Below, piece by piece: positions 29,985-42,719 of a stretch of 64,000 nt of DNA; the first letter of the stretch is position 1; each line of letters starts with the position of its first letter. The stretch is from the human T2T-CHM13v2.0 reference genome, Homo sapiens. The notes below the pieces were generated by a model. The model made no database searches. It was not told the origin of the DNA and saw only the letters and a list, made by a program, of their open reading frames with translations. The stretch lies in NCBI RefSeq assembly GCF_009914755.1, contig NC_060938.1; one strand, written 5' to 3'. The translations under genes and the position numbers were made by a program.

Positions 29985-30312
29985 TGCGCCTCCTGGGAGG
30001 GTGGGGGACCCCAGGGGCAGGTGTCTAACTCACTACCTTTTTGTTTAGCCGCGGTGCCTTCTTTTCAAAATCAATGAAACCTGTAGCCTTTAAAAGTAGA
30101 CATCTTTTTCCAACCAAGTTTAGGCAAGCCCTGTAGCCGAGTTCTGCTTGCGGTTGTTTTTCTTTTTCCTGTTCTCAGGCGCGCTGCGGGCACCTCTCGG
30201 ACAAGGCCCCAGCCGTCGCGGGTTGCCGGGCAGAGTCGGACGCCGCCAGCTCTTCACTCCACGCCCACCTCTCTCCTGGAGCGCTGGGCCTTCGCTGGCC
30301 GCACCGGCAGCC

Positions 30313-30426
30313 ATGAGCTCGGAGATGGAGCCGCTGCTCCTGGCCTGGAGCTATTTTAGGCGCAGGAAGTTCCAGCTCTGCGCCGATCTATGCACGCAGA
30401 TGCTGGAGAAGTCCCCTTATGACCAG
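30313..30426 (+). CDS. TTC8: TTC8/BBS8 first coding exon (MSSEMEPLLLAWSYFRRRKFQLCADLCTQMLEKSPYDQ)
   Basis: ATG at 30313 in GCCATG context inside CpG island; translation matches the recognised BBS8 N-terminus; donor CAG|gtaccg; 114 nt. Confidence 0.97.
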
Positions 30427-31533
30427 GTACCGGCCAGCTCCCGTCAGCCTGTGCATCCTGACGCTGAGGCTGCGGGGTCTGGGGCATATCCCAGCCCCGG
30501 GTTGGGAGGCCGGGGAGGAAGGCCCGAGGCGGGGCTGACCGTTCGGCCCTCGGAGGCGCCCGGAGCGAGACCTTGTGGAGCTGTGACTAGCGGGTCCGCT
30601 GTCCGCCACGTCCACGGGGATAGCAAGTTCTGTGCCATGACCGCCCCCTCCTCACAATTTTCAGCCTCCCCTCCCCTATACGTGTCCCAGAATGAGAGCC
30701 CTGAACTTTACTTGACGAGGAACTTTGATAATTCGTTTATACTTGCATATTGATGGGCTTTAAGCTCTCAGCGTGTGCGTTGTTAATTTCTAAAAAATAT
30801 GCATAAACAAAGATCTGTGACTCTCCACCTCCTGTTAACATAGCTGCCTTCTTCCTTTTGGATCGAACATGTGATCCTCCCACCTCATCTTTAGACTGTT
30901 GTCCAAGAGTGAAGGAGGCCATGAGTTTAGCTTGAGGCAAATATGCAAATTAGAAGAATGAGAATCTAGGAGGGAGAAAGATACATTCATTATTTAAAAA
31001 ATTACCTAGGCAAGGGAAGCTCTAATTGTAGGAGGGAGAAATGGGAAAGAAAGGCTCCTTACAAGAAGGAATGATGGCATTGATGAAAAGAGAACTTAAA
31101 CTAGAGTAATGTGTATAGCGAGTGGAAAAGGTAGTATACAATGTACGTGAGCGGTACAATTCTGGTGGGCAGGTGGCTCCTGGAATAGGCAAAAAAGGAG
31201 AAAATGGGAGAACAGAAGTAGCGCTGCGGCAGTTTGTCAGTGCTTTTAGTAAGTGCGGAATATACCTACGTAGTTCTAGTTCCCTAGCTTTTCCTCTAGT
31301 GGTGTTGCCTTGGAGATGTTAGAAAAAATGGAAAATTGAAGGGAGTTACAAAAGCGGAGGCCTGAGTGTGAATGCTGTTACTAGGCTCTGCCTTAGCTCC
31401 CAGCAAATGGATGATGGATGATAACCTGCTGAGATGAACATTTTGTCTTTCAGATAGTACATCTCTCTTAGAACAGCCTACGTTAGTGGTAATACAAAGC
31501 TAGGTTCTGTTGTTAGTTCACATTAATTAATAG

Positions 31534-31892
<359 letters not shown>

Positions 31893-32027
31893 CCCAAATG
31901 TGTTTTTGGCATAGTAATCTTATAGATATTGCTTAAAAAAATACACAATCAAATATGTTTGGGACTTGTGACAAAATATTGACCCTTTACGTTGGTACAA
32001 CAGAAGCTTGTTAAGAACCTTTGATGT

Positions 32028-32322
<295 letters not shown>

Positions 32323-35300
32323 GAACCTTTGATGTGCCAGACATTGTTCTAGGCACAATGGTTTGCAGGAACTTTATGTGCCATTTTAATTTTTCCATTG
32401 AGTTACGGTAGTTTTCATTCTGTGTTCCACGAAACAGTAGTCCCAAGAGCTGTTCAGTGAGAACAAGTTCCCTCATTAAGTACATTTGGGAAATGTATGT
32501 TCCTTCTTGGAGATTCAGGATGCACCCTAAAGGCTCTGAGTAGTTTTGAAGAAAAGGAAACTAATTTTGCCTATTTTTGATTAATCCAAATAATTAAATA
32601 GTTCTGAAACTTATTTGACCACCGGATTCCTTTTTTTTTTTGACCCAGGGAAAGGGTCAGATATCTTCACTGTTATCCTGGGAAGATGTTGGTACATCGG
32701 GAAATGTAGGCAAAGCAGCAATATTTTTATTAATAGTTAAGACCCTCTAATCTTGAGTTCATAGTGACATTCAGTATTGCACCTATAAATTGAGATATCA
32801 GGACTTGATATATATTCATCTCAATGACCTTTCATTGAGTGCTTACTACAGATTGTGTATCCCTTATCCGAAAAGCTTGTGACCAGACCTGAATAGAAGT
32901 TTCAAAAAAAGTTATTGTTTTATTTTTATGAGCAAGGGTTGATATGTTCAGCTCCAATATATATAGAGTAGGTCTAAGAGAATCAGTACCAGATCTGGAG
33001 GAAATTTGATATTCTTTTCCTTTCTAATAATTTTTATTTGTTTTATTTGTTTGTTTTGTTTTGTTGAGGTAGTTTATTATGGTTGAACTGTATGTATTGC
33101 CAGAATAATGAGTAGCATTTTACCAGGAATAGACGTTTAACTTGATGTCATCTTACCAGAGTTAGGTTTTGTTACTAGGTAGGGCTATTGAAAAGTTTAC
33201 AGGGCTTACTCATGTTAGTCATTCTTTGACCTAACTTTGAACACTGTGCTGTTATTACTCTATGTTTTTCGTAACACCAGTTTCTGTATTTTGCACCCAG
33301 TTGTTATTTCATGTTGGAAATATTTCCCAGAATGATTTTTCCCAAGCTTGAAGAAATCCTGCCTTTTTCTTCATTAAAAAAATTAATATTTATGTTAGAG
33401 TGTTGATGCAATTAAAGAAGAGCTTTAGGAAGGAAGCTTAAGGAAGTTCCTTTGATTACAAGCTTGAAAATTATCTTTCCTTAGAACATGACTCCACAAT
33501 AGCAGGTTTGTGTGGTATCCCAAGCACCTGATGCAGAGTCAGGCACACAGGGGCTTTTGATATGTATTTGCTGAATGAGTGCGTCGATCATGTTCATGTG
33601 TGTGTTTTGATGGAGTTGTTCATATTTGTCAGCTTCCTCTCTATGAAGGTCGTCGTAGTTGCTTGATGATCTTTGTCTTCCCCTGCCCCATCCTTAATTC
33701 TCAGCACCATATGTTCTTAAATGTACACTTACTTTTTCAAATAAATATAATTTCATTATGGGCATTCTTAATTCTTGTTTTGAGGGTCAGTTTTTAAAAA
33801 TCAATTTTTAAAATGCTTCCTAGGTTCCTCCAGGAGAGTGTTTCTAATAGTAATGATCATCATTGCTATCTCTTACAGTGCTTTCTTTGTTTCGGTGGAG
33901 GAAGTTAAATGATGGAGAGATTCACAATCTATGAAAAGCTAACAGAAATGTGACCAGAGCGCGAGCAGATGGTCCTCTGCTCCGCAGTTAGCTGGTTCAC
34001 CTTCATGCCCCTTTAGCCTCATGGGCATTTACTGAGGTTTTGACATTTGAGAGTACTTTTCCTCTATAACTATTTGAATTACTGTTCTGTGCCACCAAAC
34101 TGATTATAGTATGGAGTGAATTTGAAACTCCTGGACACATAGAGGAGCCCAGAAATTAAAATATTTCTTCTTAGTGCCAAATGGATTCATTTTTGCTCTT
34201 ACGTTTTCCCCTCCCCATTACAAAAGATAGTTTTTGTTTTTAATAATGTCATTTTTCACTTTTGGTTTTGCTTATTTTTCTCCCAGATGAGAAAAACCTC
34301 TCAAAAATGATTTGTTATTTGTTAATCTTTTTATAAGCTGGTCCAGGGAGCTTCAAAAAGATAACATTTTGGTCCTGATACATTAGCTTATTGAGATGAA
34401 GGCCACCTCTAAGACTATTTATATGCATTTATTTCGCCTTTAAGGGATACTATTTTGGTGTAGAATCATCAAAAGTCTTTAATTATTGCCTTGTATTTTC
34501 TATTAGGATTTCTGGATTTTATTTTTGATAGTCAGGCTAGCCAGAGAGGTATGATGTACTATGCAACAGCATGTTTCTTCAGAGTAATACATTTTAATTT
34601 GGCTACAAAAGAACTGAAGGGTAGATTAAATATAATAATATGGTGTTTGGTAATGGGGAAGGGTTCTTGAAGAATATGGGTTCTCAACTGCTTTTTCTAG
34701 ACACAGAATGGTGAGGGACAGAGGCCAGCCGGGGTCTGTAAGCATGAAGAGTATTAAAGTTCAGATCTGTTAAGAATAAAGAAAGAAAGATAACTGATTA
34801 ATTTATTATAATTTCCCTTTTTTGATTAAATATAATAGGAATAACCAATTCATAGAGAAGCATTATCTTTTTCAAAGTGTTCTTTAAATCGTGACTGAAA
34901 AAGTGGTTAAAAGTTGTAAGATATAAAAAGAGGAAATGCAAAACAGTCCTCTCCGTACAGCACTGTGACCTAGAGAGAATGTTTGCTTCTGCAGCTCATG
35001 TTGATCATCCTGATCAGTTGCTTAATCTGTTTACTGTTCTTTGTGTTCCATATGTCAGATTCATGGCTTTAAAACCAGTCCTGATTTTTAGCTCCATTAT
35101 AATTAAACAGTTAATAAAACGTAAAGGTTTTTCAGGCAGTGGGATTTTTAAAAGACAATATGCTTTCATTAATGGGGTAGGTGTCTGGTAGATTTTCAGA
35201 TTATTAAAATCGGTGATTCTGAGGGTGGGACCCATTAGCTGTGTATCAGAATGGGAGAAAGACTTTTTTCTAACTTACATTCTCGTTTTGCCCCAATCTC

Positions 35301-36636
35301 TGCTTATAATGAGAGATGTTACAGAGAGGAGGGGGTTATTATTGTAAATGGTTTGAAGGAGGAGAAATGGCTGAAAATGACTGGCTTAGATGAAAGACAT
35401 GAAACCAGGGCTCCCCAATGAGCTGTATGTTAGTAGTTGGTTGAGACAGTGATTTGGTGATCCAAGCCAAAGAACATATCGTGTGATTATCTAATTGGTT
35501 TCCTCTTTGGGGCCATGGAGACTTAGCCAGACTTAATCCTTTGATTCTATACGCTGTGGGGCAGGTCATTTTATGAATTTGTATTCCTGCTGAATTACAC
35601 AGATTACACTCCCACTTGGCTGCGTGGTCACTAGATCTCTCTAACCTTCTGAAATCCATCAATTCCTCTATTCTCTTAAACTTTTTCCCCCTTCTTTTAT
35701 TACTAAATTTTGAACAATGACTCGGCAGTTTAAGCTGAGGAGACTCATTAGCCAGCATAAGTAGTGGTGGTAATTAGAAAGTTGCATTCAGAATTATCTG
35801 GAGATTTAATTCCCTAAAGTAACAGAAACAAGCTAAGAAAATGCTGAACCCTAGGGTGGAAGGAAGGAAGCAAACAGATGTGACTTGAAGTTGATGCTAA
35901 TGGGTATTTTCTGGTTCTAGGAAGTGGCACTCTACTTTCCATGTCCTGTTACCCACTTTGAGGGAGATTCAGAGGAAGTTTTAATTTGATCTTCCATCAC
36001 TGGGAGTCAGTTCTGAGTTCTGAAAGGGGGAGTAATAGATGGTTTGGTGCTTCTGTTAAGCTTATACTTGAATAAGTATGATAATATATGTGAAAGAACT
36101 CTAAAAGTTGTGAAGTTTTCTTAAAAATGCAAGGTTTTATTATTAGTCCTTAAGATTCTCCTATGAAGTAGGTACTATTGCTTTAATTTGAGAAGGTAAT
36201 GTAGATTATATGACTTGTTCAAGGTCATGCAGCTAAGTGGCTCCCTGAGGATCAAGCCTAGCCCACGTCTTCTGACTCTAGGGCAAAGCCTGGAGCTTTC
36301 TGCTCAACTGCGCTGATACCTGTAGAAATAGTTTGCTAGACTAAGTGAAGCTGCACGGGTGGATTAATTTAAATCACAGAACTACAACTGAGAGCGACCC
36401 AAAGAGGAAAGGCTCAGTGATTTTTAAAAAAGAGTTTTCCCCTATCTCCTAATTAAAACATTCCGACTCTTCCTTCATAGTCCTGCTCCTGATGGATCTC
36501 CACAGAGCCATGCCTGTCCTTGGTCTCTCCACATCCTACGGTAGTCTGTGTTCCATCCTTGCTGTCATCCCACATACTCAGCAGAGTCCTGCTCTGGGCC
36601 CAGAGTGTCTAGGTTCAAATACTGCCTCTATACCTT

Positions 36637-37168
36637 TGAGGTAAGAGACCAACAGGACTTGTTTTCTGGTCACAACACGGCTGACCAAAATAGGATCTAG
36701 TCTAGACAGGTTAAAGTGAAGAAACCAGCAGATGGCAAGGAAAGCGACCCCTCGCTGCCCTCACTGCTCATCAGTAGAACACCCCTCCCACCAGCTGCCA
36801 TGACAGTTTAAAAGTGCCATGGCAATGACCCAGAAGTTACCACCTCTTTCCATGACAACAACCTATAAGTTACTGCCCCTTTCCTAGAAAGTTCTAAATA
36901 ACTTGTTCCCTAATTTGCATTGGCCCACCCCTTAATTTGCATGTAATTGAAAGTGGGTTTTCATGAGTATAAATACAGTTGCCAAGAGCCCATAGTTGCT
37001 GATTCTGGCTACACTGCCTATGAGTTAGCCCTCCTCTGCAAGGAGCAGTACCAGCCAATAAAGGATTGCTGTCTAATACCACTGACTCACCCTGGAATTA
37101 TTTCCTTGGCAGAGCCAAGAACCCTCCTGGGCTAAGCCCCAATTTTGGGGCTCACAGGTCCTGTAACA
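36637..37168 (+). mobile_element. ERV1 solo LTR (MER41-family-like) inserted in a MIR
   Basis: TGAGG...CA termini, CCATGACAGTTTA..TGCCATGGCAA, AATAAA and CTAAGCCCCAATTTTGGGGCTC motifs. Confidence 0.7.
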
Positions 37169-39297
37169 TCTTGCTCTGAGTGTTCTCATCTGTAAATGGT
37201 GATGATAGTATACCTATAACTCAGAGGGTGTTATAAGGCTCATGAACATGTGGTAAGTGATAAAAAATGTTAGCTGCTGTTGTCTGTATACCTACAGATA
37301 TTTGCATGCAGGATTCTATCATCTATATTTTTCTTAAAGGATTGCTGGGAATCTGAAAAGCATTTTTGAGGAAGATGTCCAGTGAAATGGATGGTGAAAG
37401 GATGTTGAATATAGTTCATAAATCATTGGCACTCAATAATTTCCAGAATAATCTCCCCCTTCTCTGACTCTCTTATCTTCCATGTCTTCTGCTTTTCTTT
37501 TGTTCACCTAAGTCATCTATAATTTGACCACAATGTGAGTATAGTATTTGACACATTGTATTGTAATTTAGGTGCCTCCCCCTCTAGAATGTTGTGGAAT
37601 TAATGTGTTCTTGGCCTCATACCCACTTAGGCCTGGTCTCCATTTTCCTTCAATGCAATCCCTCACCTGTCTCTGCACCTCCCTACTCATTAGGCCTCTC
37701 ATTTTCTCTTCTGACCTGCACATTGATGATTTCCTGTAATTTCCCTACACACTCTTCATCCACATGATCAGCCCTAAATGTATCCCTGAAGGGCAGAGGA
37801 ACAAGACAGAGAGATCGCGGAGACTTTCCTCAGTGAGCAGAAATCCTCTGAGGCTGAGCTGGTGGTTTCATTTTGTGTCACTGGAGGAATCTACCTGCCC
37901 TTGGCAAATCACAGCATCCAGTATCAGTGGCTTCTGTCTCCTTTAGCTGTTTTTTCCTTTTCAAGCATTGTCTACAATCACCTCTAGTAAACTTTCTCCC
38001 TCAGTTTTCTATAATATATTGGATTTATCTTGTATCTCTCCTAAACTTTACCTTTCATTCCTGCCTTACTATGTCCAACTCTCTTTTTTTTTTAATCTCC
38101 AAGAGGCACTGGCAAGAAGGAGCATTTGATTCCCTCAACCGTTTGTGTGACCTTAAACAAATTACTTAACATCTCTGAATTTGTTTCCTTATCTGTAAAG
38201 TAGATAATACTTACCTGCTTTCCTCAGATGGTTGTTATGAGACTCAAATGAGATAATGGGCTATAGAGATATGTATACAAGTAAACAGAAGAAAGAAAGA
38301 ATAGAATGTGTTACTTCTTTCATCTGGCATGTCATTCCCTGGATTGGTGTGTTTCCTTAAGTTTGGACTGTATTTAGGAAATCTATACTTTTTCTACATC
38401 CTTGGTAGGTGCACTGGAGTTGAAAACCTCCAATTGCTATGTGTTCTCTAGTTGCTGTTTTGTGTTCGGTTCAGTTGATTGCCACATCTTCTGTAACTTC
38501 CATCCTTTGGGGCCCTCATTTTCTAGCCTAACTTAACCTTTTCCTCTCATGTTCCTACCATGCGTCATGTTAAATAAATTACCTGTCCTTGCATGGTGAC
38601 CATATGGTTTGCACATTGCTTGTACCAAGAATATATTCTTAAAAAATATTTGAGGTGTTCTTTTTGGATTTAGAGCTGTAGAAAGCAAGGATCTTTTTTC
38701 CTTTTTCTGTTTCTTAGTACTTTCCCCAGTAAAACAGATTGAGTGCTCAACAGACATTGCTGACTAGACAGACATGTAAGTGTAGATGTTTTATAAATAA
38801 ATTTGTTATAAGTCTGATTTTTTTAACCAGTGGGTTTCTATTTAATTTGTACAGAAAAACCCAGATGCTGAGTTTATCTGAAGGGTTTGTGTTATGTGGA
38901 TTTTCCTTCTTCTCCTTAAGTGATTAAAGTCTGAATGTTTTAACCACCGTGAACTTATTTTTGAATAAAAGGAAATATTTCCTTGGTATAGTTATGGGAT
39001 TATTCTCAATTTCTGATATATTGTGTGTTCATTAAACAAGTAGTTATCATCTCTTTGCACTTTGAATGAGGTTAGATTAATTAGAATTTTCTGATCATTG
39101 AAAATTTAGCATTCTTCAATGTATATTCATTTTACACAACTCTTGAGAACACTTCTGTAGGAAGACTAAAGTTAATTTTTTGGATTCTTATTGAATGAGT
39201 TAGAGTTCACCTACAAATACTTGGTTGGTCCTTAGGACTTTTTATTTTAGAAACTGTATTTCTTAAAACTGTTTACTGCCTTCTTAATGCTTTCCAG

Positions 39298-39327
39298 GAA
39301 CCAGATCCTGAATTGCCAGTGCATCAG
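39298..39327 (+). CDS. TTC8: TTC8 alternative microexon 2A (EPDPELPVHQ), photoreceptor-specific cassette
   Basis: Acceptor tttccag|GAA, donor CAG|gtaaag; 30 nt, phase 0-0; peptide matches the known 10-aa retinal insert. Confidence 0.93.
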
Positions 39328-39340
39328 GTAAAGAAAGGTT

Positions 39341-39443
39341 TAGCTGCAACCTTTAGTTTAGAGAATTCTTTAATGCTATTGCTTAGTTGTTGCTATAGAT
39401 TAGAAAATTTGCTGCATATCTTCCTGTGGGTTTATAAAATTAG
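39341..39443 (+). promoter_or_regulatory. Cluster of UAG motifs downstream of exon 2A (candidate Musashi intronic splicing enhancer)
   Basis: Seven TAG triplets at 39341, 39354, 39359, 39384, 39396, 39401, 39441. Confidence 0.6.
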
Positions 39444-41812
39444 CCATATCTGTCAGACATTCTGTGCCTTCTTATGTAAATAAATGATTATATTTTCAAT
39501 ACTTTTGTGTATATTGATAGCCTTGTAGAACTAATAATGCAGTCTACTCATTGGGACTTGGAGCTTAAATGGAAATGACCAAGATGGATTAGAAGGATAT
39601 GAAAAATAAAGAAGTAGGTGAGGGGAACCAAGGGCTTAGAAAGGGAGCGGGAGAGTCAGCGGAATGACAAATGTCTGAAAGACTGTGATGGATGGGATGG
39701 CATGTCTTGAGTCAAGAGTGGACTGTGCTTGGGAAGGTCTTGGTTTTAACTGACCTGGTGGCTCTAAGAGGGAGGAGGCTGCCACAGTGAGGGAAGAAGA
39801 AAGGGACACTGGCCAGACAGTCACATCGAGCAAATCAGTTTGGATAAGGATAGGAGGCAGCTAGAGCCTTGCTAACTGGATAAAACACAAGAGAATGAAT
39901 TGGGAGGAAACCCTGGGAGAGAGGAGGGGGACACCTGGCCAGTGATACTTTTAATCCAGGAGAGTTGCCAGTGAGTCTGGGACTAAGGAGAGAAGTTGTG
40001 CAGAGTTATAAATCAGAGAGCTTAAATGTTGCCAGGTGTTAGCCCTACCAAGCGAGATGGAATGTTAACAGCGGTTTTTTTAGGTAAATAAAAGACTTGA
40101 ACCTTATTAGGGGTCCATATGTGTAATTAGCAAACCTTTTAGAATAAAAAGCAATTTACAAAGTACTCTTATGGAGGCTTGTGTAGTATTAAACACACAC
40201 TGTAAATAGGTTAAAATGTGGCACTGTGTTCTTTAAAAGGCTGACATTTGTCTTTTGAATGTTCATAATCTTGATTTACAAACTGATAGATGGGGCAAAA
40301 CTATTTTTTTTTTTGCATAATATGGGTACAAGTCATTCAAGAAGGATCAAAGTTATAAATACTGTGGATTTTGTTCTCAGGAAATTTGGAAGATTTTGAT
40401 TAAAATTTAAAACATCAATAATTTGCATTGTAGAAATGGTTTTAAAACTATAAATGGCATTTAAGAGCTTTAAACTAGCACAAGGACTCATGAAAAATCT
40501 GTATTTGGCATTATTTTCCTGTTCTGTTTGTATAGACTTAATTATTCACTGGATAATGATACAAAAGGGAACAAGGCTGACTAGATTCTTTTGGCCTTAC
40601 TATTTCCACTTTTGGAATTTCTTATTTTTGCACACTGTTACAACTTCAAAAGGAATGAGGCTATATACAATAACAATTCAGTATCTTGTGCCTAAGTTTT
40701 CATTTTCATAGAGTAGGCAGAGTGGCCATAGTTACTGAGTCTTATGATGCTAAATCAGGTCAGACAGACTGTTCCTTTCATAGCCTTATTCTAATAATAA
40801 CCTAAAATTGTTTCTTACATGCTTTAATCTACTGGCCTTGCATTCTGTATTAAGAGTAACAGAATAATTTAAACATGCTTTGCTCAGTCAGCAGAGTTTT
40901 AACCCCTTCATCTGTTTATTTTTATAACTAAAACTGAACTAGTGTCACAGTGGATGGAATGAGTGAGTCAATATTTTCCTGATGTTTGCTGGCAAGTATC
41001 TGCTTCAGGAGTAATGTCCTATAGACTAACTCAGTTGGTGAGTGAGATGGGATTGTGTTTCACAGATAAAAAGGGAAAAATTGATATGATTATTCATTTG
41101 GTTTGGGAGAATCTGTGCTTTTCCCTTAAAAAACAAAGTTCCAAAAGCATCAATTCTTATTTTTATTGATATTATGGTACTTCTAATACATAAATATTTA
41201 AATAAATTTACATAAACTATTTTTTAAAAACTGTGTGACCCTCCCATTTGTTAATAAGTAAACATATCTGATAAGGCAAATTTATATTTTTATTTAGTTT
41301 TAAGGGGTAGTTTGGGATTACTGTGTGTGCTTTGTTATTCATTTTATTTTAATCACTGATTAGTTTTAAACTTTTTTTTGGTTTGTTTTTTTAAAACAGG
41401 CAGAGGATTTTAGGGATGTGAAACATACTTGGCTTGTTTCCAAAGTAAAAAAAAATTATTATTTTTTTAAAGCCAAAGCTCCTTCTGCTGTTTTCATTAA
41501 AATCTCAAGAATTGTTCACATTGCCAGGAGCAGTTCTTTGAAAACAGTCTGATGTTTAATCAAGCAGTGATATGTGATTTTCAAGGTCATTTTTGTTAGG
41601 ACAGAAGAGAACTCAGGAAGATTAATTTTCTCAAACACTGATAAAATTTAAAATTGAATAACAGTCTGAGTAGATTTTATTCTAGAGCTGTAAATATCAA
41701 AAATTCATACCATTGTTTCTTAAGAATCATATTTTAGAAATTAAATTAATATTTTTCTATCTTTTTGAAAAAGTGGATTCTTACGGAATAAAAATTTTAA
41801 AAAGATATTCCT

Positions 41813-42113
41813 AGCCTTGGTGCAGTGGCTCACACCTGTAAACGCAGCACTTTAGGAGGCCAAAGCAGGAGGATCACTTGAGACCAGGAGTTCAAGACCA
41901 GCCAGGGCAACAAAGTGAGATCCCATCTCTGCAAACAAACAAACAAAAAAAGCTGGGTGTGATAGTACACACCTGTAGTCCTAGCTACTCTGGAACCTGA
42001 GACCTGAGGTGGGAGGTGGAAGGATCACCTGAATTCTGGAGGTTGAGGCTGCACCACTACATTCCAGCCTGGGAGATAGAGTGAGAGCCTGTCTTAAAAA
42101 AAAAAAAAAAAAA
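41813..42113 (+). mobile_element. Alu (J-type)
   Basis: Alu consensus with A tail. Confidence 0.87.
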
Positions 42114-42382
42114 GTTCCTATTTGACTTTGACTTCGGAAGTATTTATTCATATTGCAGGGAAGGAAGAGTGGATTTTCTTTTCTATATTTTGCTTAGCCT
42201 AATATAAAAAATTTCTAACTCTTTAATATTTAAGACGTCAGTTGGGGGATGGATGTCAAGAATCATGATGAATTGGACTATGAAATAACAGTATGAATTT
42301 GAAAATAGTTAAAAGTAAAATATATTAATAACCAACTATATAAATGCTGCTATAATGATAAAACTTGATGTTTAAAACTTAA

Positions 42383-42719
<337 letters not shown>

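Larger units (their letters stand above)
29930..30650. promoter_or_regulatory. CpG island / TTC8 promoter and first exon region
   Basis: Sharp rise in GC and CpG density relative to CpG-depleted flanks, spanning the start codon; GC boxes (GGCGGGGC) in intron 1. Confidence 0.88.

Noticed and set aside
30148-30753. 201-aa ORF as a standalone gene
   Set aside because: It is TTC8 exon 1 plus read-through into the 5'UTR and GC-rich intron 1; the true coding part ends at the 30426 donor
34250-34330. Strong-looking acceptor TTTTTCTCCCAG|ATG in intron 1
   Set aside because: No convincing paired donor or coding frame found; likely a decoy site
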